Shown here one piece after another: positions 38,206 to 41,252 of a stretch of DNA of 41,252 nucleotides. This DNA comes from a virus, in the IMG/VR virus record IMGVR_UViG_3300045988_175715. One strand, written 5' to 3'. Made by a program: the position numbers and the translations under genes. Numbering within the stretch: the stretch's first letter is position 1; every line of letters starts with the position of its first letter. The notes under the pieces are model-generated. The model saw nothing but the letters and a program-made list of their open reading frames with translations. It had not been told where the DNA came from and did no database searches.

Positions 38206-40110
38206 ATGTTTACACCAGTAGAAAACTTTAAGGCTTATAGCGAGTCAAGGGAGTTGCGAAGTTACTGTAGTCACTTCGTAGGTATGTGCAGCGACTCGAC
38301 CAACGACCTGGTGCACCTTTGCGACAGAGTGTTAATTGACTTGTATGGTCGAAGCGGGGTAATTGACCGTTATGACGGAGTAACTCGGGACGGCTCTTTG
38401 GGCCTCGGCAACATACAAGAGCTCGTAGGCCGAATTACTCGATACGCGTTAAGCAAGATGAAAAATCGCAATGATATTAAGCTGCCGCTTGCTGCAACCC
38501 AACTTAATGAGGCCGCTTCTGACCTCGTCAATTTACTTATAAGTTCCAATGACAGCTACACAGCCTTTGGCAACCCAAATAACCAGAAGTATGTTGCGGC
38601 GGTGGCGGAGCGCATGAGTCAGGACTTCACTAGGTTCGACCATTTCAACGTGTTACTTCAGGCGTTCAAGTGCATACTTCATTATGGCATTGCCGCAGTG
38701 GAAGCTCGTTGGGATAAAGACTCAATTAACCAGTTCAACGTCGAGGGCGTCACGGAGAATCCGGCGTTCGGTGTGAATCTGAAGTTAATTAACCCCGGCT
38801 GCCTGTACTTCAGTAAATTAACTGATATGCGCTCATTTAGTGAATGTGGTGATTTTTGCGCCTACGTCGAGAGCATCGCCAAAACAGACATACTCAATCA
38901 ATCGCTGCACCCCGAAGTTGGTGACAAGGAACTTTCTGAGTTACTTGAGTGTAGCAGAACAGCCGGCTATCGCGCCGTTTTTTCGATGAACAACCCAAGG
39001 GACTTCAAATACATACTTGACTTCAACCCTTTGCCGCACGACACTGAACGCGATAGTGATATCACACGTGAGAACTTCATTAACAAGACAACTGTCTATG
39101 TGCGCGTTTGCCCTGAGTTACTTGGCTTCGAACTTCCCGGCCTCGAGCCGCTTACCAAGACGCTGCTTAAATTAACTTACATTGGCCAGACGCTAGTTAA
39201 TGCAGAAGTCAGTTCCAATGGAGTCATCCCCGTAGTCGTAGCCCCGATATTCCCCGGAGTTGCTCCGGCCGAAAATCTTACGCCGGTTCAATGCTTCATA
39301 AACTTCTTAATTAACACGAAGCAAAAAGGCGACCGGAAGAAAGTTTACGGACTCAATTTCTACGACCGCAATCGCATCTCACTCAATGAAATCACCAAAG
39401 CTAAGGAAGCTGATGAAGAGTGCCCGTGGATTCCGGTGTCGTCTGAGCCTAATGAGTCGCTTGGGTCTGCCATAATGCACTTCAATGATGCTCCGGATAC
39501 TCAGCATATCTTAAGTGACATCAACCAGATGAAGAACATAATGCAGATTATTATGCCGACTGACCAAGCTAGCTTAATGAGCAGCCTCGACAGAGCAACT
39601 GAGTGGCAGGCCAAAAAGGCACTTGAGACGTCGGGTAAGGCTACGAAGTTAATGGCGCGCCAAATTCAGGCGATGTTAATTACGCCCTTGAAGTCAATTC
39701 ACATCCAGACGATTTTCGACCATGAGGCTACCCTGATGGTCAAAGATGCTCAAGGTAATGATGTTCCGACTGCCATAGGCGAGTTCAGCGGCCGCGGTGT
39801 TATGTACTCAATTACCACCGCAATGACCGGCGTCGATAGAGATATAAAAGCTCAGCAGATGGATACATTCATTAACAAGTTAATTCAGTTGCCGCAAGTT
39901 GCCCAGGAATATGACTTAACTAAGTTGTTCGATTACCAGAGCAGCTTGACAGGGCACCAAATTGACTTCAGTATGTTCAAGAAAGAGTCGCCGATTGACT
40001 CATTGCCAATACAGCAGAGGAACTTAGCTTACCAGTTACTTCAGCAGGCTATGGCACAGCAGCAACAACAGCAGGAAATACCTGTTGACCAAAACAGTCA
40101 AAACATTTAG
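38206..40110 (+). CDS. Portal protein
   Basis: 634-aa ORF directly after the large terminase gene. It has a poly-Gln acidic C-terminus. Confidence 0.55.
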   Translation: MFTPVENFKAYSESRELRSYCSHFVGMCSDSTNDLVHLCDRVLIDLYGRSGVIDRYDGVTRDGSLGLGNIQELVGRITRYALSKMKNRNDIKLPLAATQLNEAASDLVNLLISSNDSYTAFGNPNNQKYVAAVAERMSQDFTRFDHFNVLLQAFKCILHYGIAAVEARWDKDSINQFNVEGVTENPAFGVNLKLINPGCLYFSKLTDMRSFSECGDFCAYVESIAKTDILNQSLHPEVGDKELSELLECSRTAGYRAVFSMNNPRDFKYILDFNPLPHDTERDSDITRENFINKTTVYVRVCPELLGFELPGLEPLTKTLLKLTYIGQTLVNAEVSSNGVIPVVVAPIFPGVAPAENLTPVQCFINFLINTKQKGDRKKVYGLNFYDRNRISLNEITKAKEADEECPWIPVSSEPNESLGSAIMHFNDAPDTQHILSDINQMKNIMQIIMPTDQASLMSSLDRATEWQAKKALETSGKATKLMARQIQAMLITPLKSIHIQTIFDHEATLMVKDAQGNDVPTAIGEFSGRGVMYSITTAMTGVDRDIKAQQMDTFINKLIQLPQVAQEYDLTKLFDYQSSLTGHQIDFSMFKKESPIDSLPIQQRNLAYQLLQQAMAQQQQQQEIPVDQNSQNI

Positions 40111-40113
40111 AAT
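40085..40113 (+). promoter_or_regulatory. Sigma70 promoter inside the portal 3' end, driving scaffold and capsid. TTGACC, 17-nt spacer, TAGAAT.
   Basis: ttgaccaaaacagtcaaaacatttagaat is followed by AAAGGAG and the ATG at 40129. Confidence 0.55.
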
Positions 40114-40128
40114 AAAGGAGTAAAATAA

Positions 40129-40815
40129 ATGGAAACTGAAAACGAACAAGTAAACGATGATGCCGGGTTTTTGGCCAGACTCAAGCAAGTCTTTACGTCA
40201 AGTCAACCCGAAGCGCCGGAAGAACTTAATCCGTTCAAGCAGGTGCCGCCGGCTCAAGCAAGTCAGCAAGCAGCACAAAGTGCACAGGGTGCACAGGGTG
40301 CTCAGCAGGGCAATCAGCAAAGCTCCGGTGATGTATTCAAGCAGTATGTAGCGAAGCAGAACTTCCTTGACGGCGTTGAATACGATGCCGCCGAGCTGAT
40401 GCAAGACCCAAGTAAGTTGGGAAACTTCATTAACTCTGTAGCACAGCGTGCTTACGGCAAAGCTCTGTATGATGCAACCAGTGTAATTGACAAAGCCATT
40501 GAAAACCGCCTCAATGCTTACGACAGCAATGTCAGCAACAAGATTCAGGCGGCCGTTTCAAGTAGGAGTCAATTGGACAAGGCCACTCGGGAGATTCCAT
40601 TGATGAAAGACCCAAGTGCCGCCCCGATTATTACGCAGGTAATGAAAGGGTTTTTGCAACAGGGCAAGTCGCTTGACGAGGCAACTGAAGCAACTAAGAC
40701 ATTTTTGCAGGACTTCAGTAACAAGCTCTCAAGCAAAAGCGCTGATGAAAAAGCAGCTGACAAGCATCGTAAAGACCTTGATGGCCTCTTCGGTAACTTG
40801 TTGATTAGTAAGTAA
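40129..40815 (+). CDS. Scaffolding protein
   Basis: 228-aa protein predicted to be helical and rich in Gln, Ala and Lys, with a QGAQGAQ repeat. It lies between portal and capsid. Confidence 0.5.
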   Translation: METENEQVNDDAGFLARLKQVFTSSQPEAPEELNPFKQVPPAQASQQAAQSAQGAQGAQQGNQQSSGDVFKQYVAKQNFLDGVEYDAAELMQDPSKLGNFINSVAQRAYGKALYDATSVIDKAIENRLNAYDSNVSNKIQAAVSSRSQLDKATREIPLMKDPSAAPIITQVMKGFLQQGKSLDEATEATKTFLQDFSNKLSSKSADEKAADKHRKDLDGLFGNLLISK

Positions 40816-40836
40816 ATTTAACAAAGGAGTAAATAG

Positions 40837-41252
40837 ATGATTCCAGGAATCTTTTCATCTCAGGGAGGTATCAATGCCGAGCGGCTTGATAGCTTCAATA
40901 GTAAATTGTTCCGGTCCCAGCTGGCCGGTACTGCCCCGATATTCTCATTGAGTTCGGGTGCCGCTCAGTTTCAGCTGACTTCGAAAATCCACTACTGGTT
41001 CATGAAGCAGCCGTATAGCTCGAAGTTAATTGCCTCGGCGGCAGCAAACAACTCGGCAACTTCCATCACTGTGGACAAAGGTGCTGTGGTTGAGCCGTCT
41101 TCGGTGATTATGAACACTAAGACTAATGAATATATGTTCGTTAGCGCCGTGTCAGGCAACACCCTGACTGTCGTTCGTGGCTTTGCTGAATCGACGGCCG
41201 CCGCAGTAACTCAGAATGACGAACTGCTTTACTTGGGTACTGCCAAAAAAGA
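40837..41252 (+). CDS. Major capsid protein, 5' portion. It continues in frame across the circular junction into 1..855; the whole gene is about 383 aa.
   Basis: ATG at 40837 is preceded by AAGGAG. The reading frame is open to the window end. 41134 minus 40837 is 297 nt, so this portion is in frame with the ORF at 1..855. It sits directly after portal and scaffold, and a strong terminator follows the gene cluster. Confidence 0.6.
   Translation, partial: MIPGIFSSQGGINAERLDSFNSKLFRSQLAGTAPIFSLSSGAAQFQLTSKIHYWFMKQPYSSKLIASAAANNSATSITVDKGAVVEPSSVIMNTKTNEYMFVSAVSGNTLTVVRGFAESTAAAVTQNDELLYLGTAKK

Noticed and set aside
1-41252. CRISPR array, tRNA genes, integrase or attachment site, reverse transcriptase or DGR
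   Set aside because: No regularly spaced direct repeats were found. No tRNA-like T-loop or acceptor structures appear in non-coding gaps. No tyrosine or serine recombinase motifs and no YADD-type reverse transcriptase motif are present.

Overview
This window looks like a complete, circularly permuted genome of an uncultivated tailed dsDNA phage. Bases 1-119 are identical to 41134-41252, so the unique length is about 41.1 kb. GC is roughly 46%.

One major capsid gene spans the window ends (40837..41252 continuing into 1..855).

Layout:
- A rightward plus-strand block (34995 -> wrap -> 18632) carries small and large terminase, portal, scaffold, major capsid, several large virion and tail proteins, a holin plus overlapping spanin lysis cassette, and three large proteins of 206, 589 and 1775 aa. 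Their sizes resemble T7 gp14/15/16 internal-core proteins, but that comparison rests on size and gene order only, with no sequence support.
- A leftward minus-strand block (34437 -> 18782) carries early genes, an SF1 Dda/RecD-like helicase, a Cas4-like PD-(D/E)XK exonuclease, an AAA_24 (Sak4-like) ATPase, a family-A DNA polymerase with 3'-5' exonuclease motifs, a deviant P-loop NTPase and a T4-lysozyme-type endolysin.
- No phage RNA polymerase, integrase, tRNA or CRISPR array was seen.
- Three consensus sigma70-like promoters and several intrinsic terminators are recognisable. Overlapping spanins and sigma70-like promoters point to a Gram-negative host.

Most unusual observations:
1. The palindromic octamer TTAATTAA occurs about 35 times where about 1 is expected, together with many TTAATTGA/TCAATTAA variants (TYAATTRA); the 3.3 kb stretch that includes most of the low-GC tail module has none.
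2. A low-GC (~35%) tail-gene module at about 7080-9420 looks horizontally acquired.
3. Two structured intergenic regions carry a 20-bp perfect inverted repeat, iterons and GC-rich nested palindromes, and are candidate origin or regulatory-RNA sites.
4. Three otherwise unrelated early proteins share an acidic ...D-L-D-[LI] C-terminus.

All functional calls come from motifs recognised by eye, with no database search.
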